NCBI GenBank assembly: GCA_029717555.1 | Contig: JAMDHS010000048.1 | Location: forward strand, 62,001 to 126,000 | Length of the DNA: 64,000 nucleotides | Direction of reading: 5' to 3' | DNA from: Peribolospora baueri | Taxonomy: Eukaryota | Notes under the pieces: model-generated | What the model saw: only the letters and a program-made list of their open reading frames with translations | Database searches by the model: none | Told to the model about the DNA's origin: nothing | Made by a program: the position numbers and the translations under genes | Part shown: positions 41,628-55,530 of the stretch, piece by piece | Position numbering within the stretch: position 1 is the stretch's first letter | Layout: each line of letters opens with the position of its first letter

Positions 41628-43503
41628 GGATCATTGAAAGACAATTTCCAGCGACTTTCGAGCGTACAGGTGTCTATGTCCTTCCGCCTTTGATTCAAAC
41701 TGGGACAAGTGGAAGTTGGATAAGAAGTGAGTCGGCTGTCAGCCGCTACCTCCCCGCCCCGTCCGCCGACAGAAACGCATCATAGAAGGGTGTTGCACAA
41801 ATTCATCAACGGCCTGGCTTCTTTCTCCCAGCTTAACCAGCTTCTCGGCATGTCCGCTTCCTTCAGTAGACAGGTGACCAACTCTCGGGCGTCGTCGTCC
41901 GTCGCGACATGGCTCATGAAACTAGCCAGGAAAAGGCTGTCTCGTAGGGAGGAGCCTCATGCTCGCGAGGGCCATGACGGGCGCAGATTGGTCGAGCGAG
42001 GAGGAGAGCGAGGAAGAAGAGTGCGAAGTCCTTTCCAATGTACCGCTGCATAGTTCCAGACGTAGTTCCTGCGCAGATGAAAAAAAAGGCTTAGCGATAG
42101 TATTGGCCAGACGTTGGTACCGCGGGGTAAGACCTTCTCACCTAAACTCCTTATGTTCGATGGCAGATTCCGAAACAAGTTCTATGAGGACATTCTCTAT
42201 GGTGACGTCCTTCTTCATCGCCTCGTAGGCTAACGCTTTCAACTGGAAAACTCCATACCTTTTGTGCGCGACAGCAAGACGAAATCAGCTTCCTTCAAGG
42301 CCATAGATCTTTCGGCTTGGAGCACCATGCCGAGTATATTGTACGGATGTGTCAGCAAGGCGCCACATGCTCTTCGGGCAGCAGGGGATGGTGTCCCGAA
42401 AGAGCCTGAGGTGTTCATCTCGTGACAGACGAGAGGCCTCCCGTCCAGGCGTCGTCTCGGCTCTCGTGCTAGCTCCGACGGACTCCAGAGGGGCGAAGTA
42501 GGCAAAGTCGGTCACCTGATGGCAGAAAGCTATATAGTCAAGCGTATACACAGGAAGGCTAACTTCCCAAGCTGCTTACCATCCAAAAGAGGAACATCTC
42601 GAATGTCTCGGGGATATCGTCTACGATGCAGATGAACCGTATAGGCTCTTCGTCTATTCCATCCTCTGAGCCTAAAGGTCGTCCTCTTTCAAGTCTGCTG
42701 CCTCTATGCCCGTCGGTTGAAGTCGGCACTGATGTCCCGAGTTGTGTGCCGCACGAGTCGTGAAGACTCGGCGACGCCATCTCGTAAACGTTACAGACAT
42801 CCTCATTGAGATGCAGCGCCCATGGATCACATTCCGAGAACACACTGTCTTTGGTAGACTCCCTAAGGCCCCGAGTAAGCATGGGTTTGAAATATTCTGA
42901 ACGTTACTCAAGAATGCTCCTGGTGCAGAAGAGACGACGACAAGGTGGGAGGATGAAGCCGACCGAGCCTGGAGTGGGTCGTCGAAATAGGGTAGAAAGG
43001 CGAACAATGTCGGGCATCGAGAATCTCGCTTCTGCCCGGAATGGACAGTCCTTCGTGTTGACCGTGATAAAGAAAGGCGATTCGACGCTTTTACGCCAGT
43101 GGGGTTGGTCACTTGTCACGTAAGGCGTGCAGACCGAGTATGTTGAAGAAGAGCGTGTGAACTAGCGTGTCTCTGGCCCTATCAGTGTATCTGACCGTTC
43201 TCCCCCATCCTCCTTGTATTGCACTGAGACCGACACCGTCGCCCTCCGACACCAACTGATTGTGAGGACCTCCCCCGTGGTGGGCATGGCAGTCAGCGAA
43301 AGGTTAACGCTCTGGAAGTGTTCTTTGTCAGCCACATTGAAGACCAGCGCCCACGTAGGAGACAGCTCTACAAGATAAGACTGGTCTGTCGCTCTTCGGG
43401 CCTCGTTGTAAATTGCCGGGAAATCCGGTACCTTGACGGTGAAGGCTTGAGAAATCGTTTCTCGCCCTTGAGGAATTGACTGTTCGACCGAAGCGTGCTG
43501 CAT
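41520..43503 (-). pseudogene. BTB/POZ-domain gene, disrupted (3' limit uncertain)
   Basis: RRLFCTRSILE*RSEYFKPML..GLRES, TFEMFLFWM|VTDFAYFAPL, PCCPKSMWRLAD and YGVFQLKALAYEAMKK..TIENV. In-frame stops at 43162, 42904 and 41957, and an AT donor at 42348. Confidence 0.72.
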
Positions 43504-43960
43504 GGCGCTCGATGTGCGCGGAAGCGACAAAACACAAGAGCGGAGAGCCTGAGAGTGATATGGGTTCAGCCAGAGAGAACGAGTGTTTGAGACAACGAGG
43601 CGACAAGATCACCCTGACCTTGAAATTTTTGATGGGTGTTGGCCCAAGTCAGCGCCACGTTTGGTGAAAATAGGCGAGGGGCTGGGAATGTGAATGCGAG
43701 TCGCAGAAAACAAAGCCGGTAGATAAGGGAAACATAGGACGGGATGGACGAGAGCACGAAACGATTATATAAGCGATATTCACCCTTGTTCAGGTTTAAA
43801 GCGATGGCGGCCATCGGATGGCGAATCTTACAGTCCTGTGCGCTGGGGCCATCTCATACGACTGCTGGAGAAGAAAGGGTGTGTGGCACATTGCTCCAAG
43901 AGTTTACAAAGACAAGCAACACGCGAAGACGCATCACGCCGCAACGCCGGCCCAGAATAT

Positions 43961-46307
43961 CTAGTTAGACTGAACCTCGCCATTCTGCCGACCTCCATTG
44001 AGCTGCACACCCTTAGCCGCGAGCCACTTCTCAGCCTCGACCATCTCCTGGGAGTGATCATAATTCCAGATCCATTCAAACCGGACACCTAGGTCCTGAG
44101 CCAATTTGTCCAGATCGGCGCCTGGTGGGCCACGGAATTCGTAGACGTCGCCCGCATCAAGGCTCGTCCCGAGGACGTTGTTGGCGCGAGGGAGACGGAC
44201 GGCGTCTACCACTGGGATGACGGACTGGGCCCCGTGAAAAGACAAGAGCGAAGAGATAAGTGCCCTCCCTTTTCCGGACGCTTCGGACGAACTCACGTCG
44301 AGGTTAGACAAGTTGACGCCTGGATGCGAAAGCAGCCGGGAAAGGAAGAGAGCATCTTCAATTGCTTGACCGGCCATGGCACCCTCTGTATAGAGAAGAT
44401 AAATCCCAAAGCAGGAGCCGACTCGAGGCGTCAATGGAAAGTGATGCAAATGAATTCTGAGATCAGAAGATAAAAACTCACGATGGGGCGTTCCGCCGTG
44501 ACTGAAAAAGGATACAGACATGAAAGAAAGGGACTCGCTTCAGCGTCCACTGGTGAATTGAAAAGAGAATCCCATCTCATGTCACTCACGCTGCATCGCC
44601 GGCGACGATGACGCGATCACCAACATAAGTGTCGAGAGGCGGTATCAACTGATGGAGAGCCCATTTGGCCGGCTTATCGATACACTACGGACAGAAGCAG
44701 CAAAGGCGGCCACGATGAATCCAGGTCGGCCACAAGCGCCGGATAAGCAAGAAAAAGCAACGCGTCGCTCGCTCACCCTGAGAATGTTGATAATGTCCTC
44801 TCCAAAACCTTCGAAGTCATGCAGCATCTGGTCTTTGTCGATCTGCTGGACCCACGGCTCGCCTTCCTTCATTTCTTCGTCGTTGGAGAATGAAAGAAGA
44901 GTGAGCGGGCAGATTTTCGTCCATCGATCTGCATGCATTTGAGCCACACCGTCCGAAGTACGCACTGGCTCGCTCCGGCCAACGGCTTCTGTCGGTGGTG
45001 AAAGCTACCACATTGATCGTCTCGTTGTTTTGGATCGGGAACGTGAGGATGTGCTTTGTGCGACGAGGACGATGGGACCGCAAAGTCAAGATTAGCCTAG
45101 TCTGCTCGACTCTGTTCCATTGAAGAAGCACTCGCACCTTATCGATCGCAAGATACATTTGCGGGGTCAAGCTGTACAACGCTGTCGAGACCAAAGACAA
45201 ACTTTGAGACTGTGGAAACTCCAGGGAGATCCATATGACCTTGGTGACACTCGCATCCGTTCTTTCCAACCGCAGCCTCGAAGCGCTCTCTAGGAATTAA
45301 CCCGCGGTACGCCCATGAGCCCGACCAGACAAGAGCATCCTTGCCTCCTATTGCCGAAGCGCCTGCCTTGTTCTGGCTGAGGAAGCCGCGAACGACGGAA
45401 TGAATACCGTCGCAACCGATCACGAGGTCGGTGTCATGCGTGCTCCCGTCTTCGAAGAAGAGCCGGACTTTGCGTTTGCCGTTGCCGAAAGCGTCAAAGT
45501 GCGGATCGACGCTCTTGAGGCGTTTGCCGAAATGCGCTATCGACCTGGGGACGTGCTTTACCATCGCATCCAGGAATTCGGCGCGATGAAGGGAGCTGTT
45601 TCCGTGTTCGGTGGAGACCTGAAACATAAACATCGGTGGAGGCTGAGGGACGTGGTCGACGATAACGCTAGGTTGGAGGGATGTCCATGCCCACTTCACA
45701 TATCAAGCGCTGGTCGTTCCCTTCCCCCGTTCGAAATTGAAACCAAATCCCGCTCGGAATGGTGGTTGCCTTTTTCTGGAAGGTCTCGAAGAGGCCAAGG
45801 TCTTGTAGCGCGTGTTGAGCGTTCAGGCCTGTACGAGCGGAGGTGGCAAGGACATAAGGAAGCTGCGAGGCAACGAGAGCCGAAGGAGGGCATGACGTGG
45901 AAAGCTAGCACACATACCTATAGAGATACCCGCACCAACTGGCCAACGAAGGCGGGGTCATTTCGTTAGATCAAATGTCAAGCACACTCTAAGGACCGAA
46001 ATCTCATCATGAACAATAGTGCTTACTCTCTTGGAATTTGGGCTGGGCGACGACGTCAAAGGCTGGTCAGCGAGGCTCTGGAAGCGAAACGAAGAGACCG
46101 TCTCACCGCACTCTCAAAGATGTCCACCGGCACGCCGCCTTTCAGAAATCCGATGGCCATGCAGAGTCCGCCGATGCCGCCCCCGACAACAGAGACGTGA
46201 AAATCCTTCATTGTGATGTCTTTATGTGCGGGCGGTGGGTGAGAAGCAGAGGGAGGAGAGGGGTTGTCCAGGGCGGATGTGGGTGAACTCTTTCTTCCTG
46301 TGTCCAT
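43961..46307 (-). CDS. FAD-dependent monooxygenase, salicylate hydroxylase-like, multi-exon; start 46307 or 46211
   Basis: VSVVGGGIGGL, EIGAGI, LHRAEFLD, VIGCDGIHS, WAYRGLIP and GDAA|HGGTPH|QGAMAGQAIED. Confidence 0.88.
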
Positions 46308-47723
46308 CACGGTAGATGTGGACGAACGGAATTCGGGATGCGGGGACAGTCGTTGCATGTCCAAGTCCTGGGTGTGTAATGGTCCGTAGTCATCTTCGTG
46401 GTCCATATAGTCATCGTCACAGGTCAGCGCCCACCTCCGATCTCCGAAGCGCAACGCCGGCGTGACCTGATCGTCGATGTCGGCCCCAAGTACCTTTCTC
46501 TATTGCTCATAACCACGTAAGCGCGAACAAGCAGAGTGGGCTTCGGCCATTACGAAGCATCCGACCCGGCCCAACTCTTCTTCCGGTCTGATCGGATCAC
46601 TTGCGGGGTGTGCTGCGGCACACATGAAAGAGCCAGCGAACGTCGCACAGACTCCGTTTGTCCACAGCTGCCTTCGTCCTTTCCACCTTTGTCTCGCCGG
46701 ACTGCCTATCCATTGTGTCTTTGTCACTGACAGGGACGCCGGACGACTTGTCGCTCGAGCATCCTTTATCTAGCAAACGGTCGTTTCGTGCCTTGAGCCG
46801 TGCTCGTGTCTCATCGTTGTCCTTCCGCATTGTCGTTTCGCTTTCGGTTGCCTCGTCCTTGTCGCTTGGTCGCTATGTTCTTGCACATAAGTACAGCGAC
46901 GCTGGCTGACCCAGGATGGGCCGACACAGTTTGTCTTGTTTTCATTTTTGTTTGCCCTCTTACAGTGAACTCGACGCTTGCAGCAACCGTTGAGGCCTGG
47001 ACAGATCTGACGCCTCACTTTAGTTACCAGGACCCCTTCTCGTTCGTGTGGTTCGCGACTTCTCACATCGATCCCACCGCACCAGCCGACTAGGCCAAGG
47101 CAGCATGGAATATTCTTGGGTTGGCGTCCCGTGAGTGTGATTCACGACTATAATGCTCAGAGCGCTTGAGGCCCCTTTGCGGCTATTCCAAACGTCTTGT
47201 TCTGGAACATGCACGTGCGTTGCATCTTCTGTTTGACTCGGCTTGCGCCGGCCCGTCATATCATCTCCCCGGTGTCACTCTCCGCTGCTCCACCGGTGAA
47301 TATTGGCTTCAACGCGTCCCTCCTCGTTCCAGCGACATTTCATGCCCCATGATTCCCGCCCCGGTGAAGGGATGGCCCGGCTCCCCACCTGTCTGGAATG
47401 CGGAGATTCGCGTTGTACCGGGTGAAAACGGCACTCCCGTCTGGAATGTCCAGTTGACTGCCATTCCAACTCTGGAAGAGCGCCTGATAGGATCTTGGGA
47501 ACGCGCACGCCGCTGCTTCGCGCGCATTGTTGCCCGGGAGTGGACGATATACCCGACGCCAGGATCGTAATCTCGGTCAACTCTTGGGATCCGAGCCAAA
47601 GTATCCCCCTTTGCGCTGCAGAAGACATGCATAACCACGTAGTACGCGTTGAGTACCGCATTACCTTTCTCAACACCGGCTGCCTTTCTCAAGAGAACAC
47701 GCGGATCGCTTGCGCGTCACTGT

Positions 47724-47764
47724 GACGAGGATGAGGGCGACGAGGATGAGGGTGACGAGGATGA
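47724..47764. repeat. 15-bp tandem repeat (GACGAGGATGAGGGY x ~2.7)
   Basis: Read directly from the sequence. Confidence 0.8.
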
Positions 47765-48578
47765 CCCGTAGAGGCCATCGACAACTCAGTGTCCACGCGC
47801 AGACTCGTGGGTAGAACGCACCCAGGTGTGGAATGTATGTATTTGCACATCAAGCCAACGTCCTTCGACCCGCTCCCTTCCCAGCACGCTTTCCTTAAAG
47901 CTCCCAATTTGGGCCCGCCCTCCTCGCCCATCTGCGTCCCCTTAATACGGATTAAATAAGCTCCACGCGGCGTGGACACCGAAATGGAGGCCCTCTAGGA
48001 TCAGGAAAGTCGCCCTTCTCCCGGGTGAAGGAAGGGCGGTGGTCGGGCGACCACGCCCTTCAAACCATTCTTTTCAATTTTCCGCTGCTGGCGAGCAACG
48101 GAGAACGGCTTCGATCAGGTTTGGCGAAGACGACGGACCATTATCGTCAGAGTCTGCGTCCAAGTTGCCCTTTTGCTTGCTGTTAACAGCAAGTATTCAA
48201 CCGTGAGAGCCGAAGCCGACCCGGAGCTCGTTCTCCACGTTCAGAGCCTTCGGTCAGGAAAAAAACCCGTCGTCGTTGGTGCTTGACGAGCTATTTAAAC
48301 GAGAGCAAAATTAAAATAAAATAAAATAAAATAAAAAGCAGCCGATTCCTGTATGACACGAGTTCATCAATGCCCCACGTACGAATCAGAGCATGCAGAG
48401 CCGCCCAGATGGCCGAAGTGAAGAAGTCCGTGTCGGAGAAGCACCGGAACCAAGCACAGAAAGGCACTGCCGCAGTCATTTCTGAGATCGGATAACGTCT
48501 TTCTTTGGGCGGGTCCTTCCTTCGTCGTCGCGAACACGTCCACAAAGGTCGAGAATCCTCCCCCCTCCAAAGCAAAAC

Positions 48579-50553
<1,975 letters not shown>

Positions 50554-51338
50554 TAGTAGTAGTAGTAGCAATCGCGCGCGTCGCGGTGGCAGCGGGGAAA
50601 AAATTAGAAAGAAGAAAATAGAAAAATAGAGCGGCGGGAAGGACGTTCACGGTGTTGCCAAAGCTCCATGGAAGTGTTTGTGGTGTTACGTCGCATCATC
50701 CTCCGTGCTCGACCCGGTCGGACGCAGACGAAACGGGAACCGGGAGAAGAGGGACATAGCGAACGACTTGGTTTAACATAAAAACAAAGGAAAGAAAGAA
50801 ACGATGGGCGCTCTGGCTAACAAACAGTTACTTCACACTACTACGGCAGCTACTCTCACAAACACGGGCATGAGCGAAGACAAACACAGAGAGATAAGGG
50901 AAGGGGGAATGGAAGGGCATAACAAGAGTACAAGGGCGATGTGGAGAGACGGAGGATAAACGTGCTTGGTGACGAGATAGATGGGTGAGAAGGGAGGATG
51001 ATAGCGGGAGGGAGAAGGCCCGAAGCGGGAAATGGAAGAAAAAGGACAGGGGAGAGGAAAGAGTAAGGAGAGGATTGTCCTCAGGCTTGTATCGGTGTCA
51101 TGTCCCGGTGGAACGAACAGGTGGGGAAGGACGATCGAGGGGGATGGATGGGTAAGTGGATGAATGCGCGGTGCGGTCCTCATTCGGCGTCCAAGGCCAT
51201 AATGTCGAGCCCAGTTCACAAAGCGGGCACCGTGCGTCGGGCGCGGGGCCGGTCTACATCTCCTCAACGGGAACGATGCCGGTGGTGTCCGGTTGGTTGC
51301 CTCGCCGCTCGTTCGCGAGCTCGCTCTCCGAGCGCCGC

Positions 51339-52070
51339 TCACATGTCGGTGGGGTTCTTAACCTGCCGTGACGCGAGAAGGGGACTTGGTTAGCGCATGG
51401 TTCCTCAAGACAGGTGCGCAAAGGGTGGAGGACGGAGAGACGCACCTTGACCTTCTTGCCGGCCTTCTTGGCCTCCTTCTGCTGCTTGACGAGGCTCTTC
51501 TTGAAGCCCCAGCACTTGGAGCAGCCTGCGTGTCGGTGAGGCAGAGGAGAAGAGGGTCATGGGTATGAGTTGACATGTTAAGAGTGAGGCGTGGCGTGAG
51601 TGGGGAAGAGGAGAGACGGTGGTGCGGGTAAACTCACCGACGGAACGCTATGCGCGGGCGGAGTGGAGGGAAGGACCGGTCCAGAGTGATTCGAGTCAGC
51701 ACTAGTCCTCGGAGGCGGCGGCGGATGGGATTATGTATGACGTACGTGGGAACGACACTCGGGCTCGCCGTCCTTGTTGATGGAGTACTCGATGGAGATG
51801 GGCTCCCTGTCGAAGGGGTCGATGCCGAGAGAGAAGAGGTTGTCCTCTCTGTTTGTTGAGAGGGGAGGGTCAGTGCTCGGGCCCATCGACGACCATCCGT
51901 CCATCCATCTGCCCGTCCATCGATCCGACTGAGCGTCAAGGCAACAAGAGAACGTACCTGTGGTCGACGGCGCACTCTTTGCAGACCTCCTTTCCGTGGG
52001 TGCAGAACTCCAAGTCGTTGACGACCACGCTGGAGCCGGAGGTGGCCGAGTCGGCGGAGGTGGAGAGCAT
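51339..52070 (-). CDS. Small (~109 aa) five-exon protein with two Cys/His motifs and a Lys-rich tail
   Basis: Canonical splicing gives ...FCTHGKEVCKECAVDHR|EDN...ECRSH|RSV|GCSKCWGFKK...KKVK|VKNPTDM*. TATAAAA near 52165 on the minus strand. Confidence 0.8.
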
Positions 52071-52800
52071 GATGGGGTGTTGTGAGCGAGCGAGGGGCGT
52101 TGAGTGTTGTGGTGGTGGTGGAGTGGTGGAGGGGTGGCGAAGGGGGCGCGTGGGTGAGCAAGCTTTTATAATGATTTTATATTCCTCTCAGTCTCTCTGT
52201 TTCCCTCTCTGTGTCTCTCTCTGTCTCGCTTTCCCCACTTTCCGCCCTCTCGCGCGGCCGGCCTCTCAGAAAGTCGTCCGCCAGTCGACGCTGGTTGGCG
52301 CTGATCTGATCTGATCTGATCCGACACTCCTCCTCCTCCTTCTCTTCCACCTCCTCCCCTCTGACCGTCGCAGGCGAGCGTTGAAGGACGAGCTGACGGC
52401 GTGGACACAGAAAACAGAACAGAGACAGACACCCAGCCGAGTGCGAGCGAGTGCTTCTCTCGCTCCCTCGTCCCTCGTCCCTCGTATCCTGTCCTGTCTC
52501 GCCCATCCCATAACGACGGCCGGCGCACATAGAATGCCACCCTCGTTCGACCGTCCTCTCCGCCCACCCATTCGTCTTTACCTTGCGGTCACGCGACGGC
52601 CTCGAGTCGAGTCGACTACGAAAAACAAAATGAAATAACGAAACTAAACCGATTAGAAGCCGCCTTTTAGGCCCGCCGACGCCCATTCGTTTGCGGGGGC
52701 GGGGCCCGAATGTGGGGAAGGGGGGAAGAGGACGCACGGAGATAGGCGGAGGAGAACGAGCGAGCGAGGGGACGTTCCAAGCTGTTAAACTATGTGTGTA

Positions 52801-53382
52801 CAGTCAACCCTGTCTATAAGCATAAGAGTTGTATAGCCCTAGAGCTATGCAGTATGCGGGAGGGAGACTGGTCTATACATATTTGCCGCAGTCGTCGCCA
52901 CAGTCGTCCATCAAGACATGAATTCCAAGCTTTACTATAGAGTATGTACTCGTTCACATGTTCTTTGAAAGAGATAGTGAAACGCGGACAAGCACCCACG
53001 TGTAGTAATGTTAGAACTGGCGGTGGATGGACGAAAATGTATGTTACTGGTTCGTTGTTGTTAATGAGAGCATACAAAGAGGGAAACCGCAGTAACAGTC
53101 GCCTACATGGTCATGTCCGCTTTCAGCCGCGTAACCACGGTGCTTGTCGCCGCCTATCTCCAACACCACGAGGGTGCACGTGACCCTGAACCCTAACTAT
53201 GCATTCCGAGGGTGCATACCTGGTAATGCTTGCAATATGCGGGTATGTCAGTATGCATATAGACCAGTGTTTTGGCTGGGATTAGCCAATTTTTGGCTGG
53301 GGAGCAAACGGGAAAGGGAGATCGCTATGCACTATGCGAAGGCATGCCTAGGGACCCGTATGCTAACAGACAGGGTTGACTG
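52801..53382. mobile_element. Non-autonomous DNA transposon (MITE), pogo/Tc1-mariner type
   Basis: 24-bp terminal inverted repeats (22/24 identical, first 15 perfect: CAGTCAACCCTGTCT). TA on both flanks, AT-rich interior, no transposase ORF. Confidence 0.88.
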
Positions 53383-53791
53383 TATTCCGTTTCGAGAAAA
53401 TCAAAAAATTGTTGGAGGATCCCACATTTCATGCGGTTGTCACATTGCGCGAGGATTATTTTCAAAATCTGGAAACATGATCTGCGCAAACGCTTTTGAG
53501 CGAAAATTCAAAAGTGCTCGGCAAGAAATGCAAAATGGCCTTGCAAATCCCTATTCAAGAATTTTATTGTGATTACAATATTTTCAAACGCTTGTTGAGA
53601 TTTGTGCTATACACGCCGCGTCGGCCTCCGAGGGGCGAGTCGCACGTGGCTGATCGTGTCCTCCGGCCCGTGCGAGTTGGGCAACGGGTCTTATCTCGCT
53701 TATCTCCCCCGTTCGGATTGCTTGTTGGGGTGTGTTGGTCCTCGCCTCCCACCTTCGCCTCTTCCTCCACAAAGAGCAAACTGAACCGACC

Positions 53792-55530
53792 ATGTTTTCC
53801 CGCTGGGCTCTCCTCCTCCTCGTGTGCGCGCCCTTGCACGCGCTCGCTTGGGGAGCTGTTGGTGAGTAACGGTCGTCTCTCTTGCTATCCGTCCACCCAG
53901 CCCGCGCCGACGCTGTGTCTTGCTCTTCTCCTCCCCAGGCCACCAAATCGTGGCGACGATCGCCCAGATTCACCTTCATCCTCTCGTCCGCGCCCATCTT
54001 TGCACCATCCTCCCCTCGTGGACCATCTACCCCGCCCCTCCCCGAACTCACCCGACACCTTTTCCCCCCTCGCCCACCGAATGCCACCTCGCCCCCATCG
54101 CCGCGTGGGCGGACCGCGTTCGTTATGTGTACCCCTGGAGCAAGACGTTGCACTACGTTAACCCCGCCGGCGACCATCCGCCTCAGAAGTGCACGTTTGG
54201 GGAACATGGCTGGCAAGATGGCAGCGGTGGCCATGGAGGCACCGTAGGCAGGGACGAGGGCAAGACGGGTTACAACGTTCTCGGAGCCATGCTCAACTAT
54301 ACGGCCCGCCTCAGGGATGAGGTCGGGTGAGCCGTCTTGAGTCGCTTGCTATCCAGTGCGAGGGCGGTGGTGTCTGACATAAAGTCGTCCCCATCGGCCC
54401 CGTTCTTTCTTTTTCGACAGCCCCGAAAGAGACCTCGCTTTGCGTTTCCTCACTCACTACGTCGGTGACATGCACCAGATCCTCCACCTTACCGGAAGTG
54501 ACCGCGGAGGTAATGGCGGTGAGTGTCCGAGCCGCTGGCGACCCATACATACGTCTTTACAGGCCTCGTCTCATTTCTCTATCCCGCTATTTTCAAATCC
54601 CTCGCCCTCCGTCCTCCCCGAACAGTCCCTGTCCGATTCTCGGGTCGTAGGACGAACCTGCACTCGGTCTTTGACAGCCTTCTCATCTCCCGGCGCCTTC
54701 GCACCCTCGCCAACTACACCGCCCCTCTCCCTTCGCGTCGTCTCGAGTCGGCCCTGAGGGGAAGTATCTATGATTCCTACGTCAGATGGATCGTCTGGGA
54801 GGGGTTAGGGATGGGCAAGGGGAGGAACAGGAAGAATGCGAAGGACACGGTCGACGACCAGTCGTGGGCTTGGTGGGGTAACTGGACCGAGTGGTCCGCT
54901 TGCCCCGCCTCTTCTGCACACTCGCACATCGATCCGGAGCCACTCTTCGACGTGACGACCTCTGAACAGCTCGTCCTGTCCCCTATCGCTGCCCAAGAGA
55001 AGAGTCAAGACGACGTTGACGACGTTGACGACGAGCCCGTCGACCTGCCCGTCTGCCCCTTCTCATGGGCCAAGCCTCTGCATCCGTACGTGTGCTCGTA
55101 CGCGTACAACTTTACTGGCCTCGAGTACTCGGATCGCTATGGAGACCTTGGCGAGCTCGTGAACGAAGAAGAGGAGGAGGAACATGCGTGTGGTCACGGA
55201 TACGGACACGGACACGACGAGGAAGATGCGCAGAATATCGACCTTGCCACCCTCCTCGCCACGCCCCCCGACGACCTCGCCCGCCGGCCCCGGCCGCACC
55301 CCGGTCGCGCTCCGCCCTCGTCCTCGTCCTTATCGTCGCCACTCCGCCCGCTCCCAGAGCTGGACAGCCCGTCGTACGTGGGCCGGCTGGACGACTCGAA
55401 GCTGCTCGAGCGTCTGCTTGCCACGGCGGGCGTCAGGCTCGCCGCGGTGCTCAATTCGGTCCTCTTGGACGAGGCGAGGGAGGCCGAGCGGGAGCGGGTG
55501 AGCCGGAAGGGGCAGCGAAACGAGGGATGA
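53792..55530 (+). CDS. Secreted S1/P1 nuclease family protein, multi-exon
   Basis: Signal peptide followed by WGAVG|HQIVA, AAWADRVR, LHYVN, LRFLTHYVGDMHQ.LH, DRGGN, NLHSVFD and AGVRLAAVLN. Confidence 0.9.

Noticed and set aside
42904..43164. Stop-codon recoding or A-to-I rescue of the BTB gene
   Set aside because: Three different stop codons plus a broken splice donor are better explained by decay, and neighbouring genes use TAG, TAA and TGA as normal stops.
46500..47950. Short ORFs on both strands (for example 47166..47570 and 47309..47692)
   Set aside because: No recognisable motif or coherent exon chain. Possibly decayed sequence.
47990..48040. Helitron 3' end (hairpin followed by CTAG)
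   Set aside because: CTAG is not followed by T on either strand, and no matching 5' end or Rep/helicase was found.
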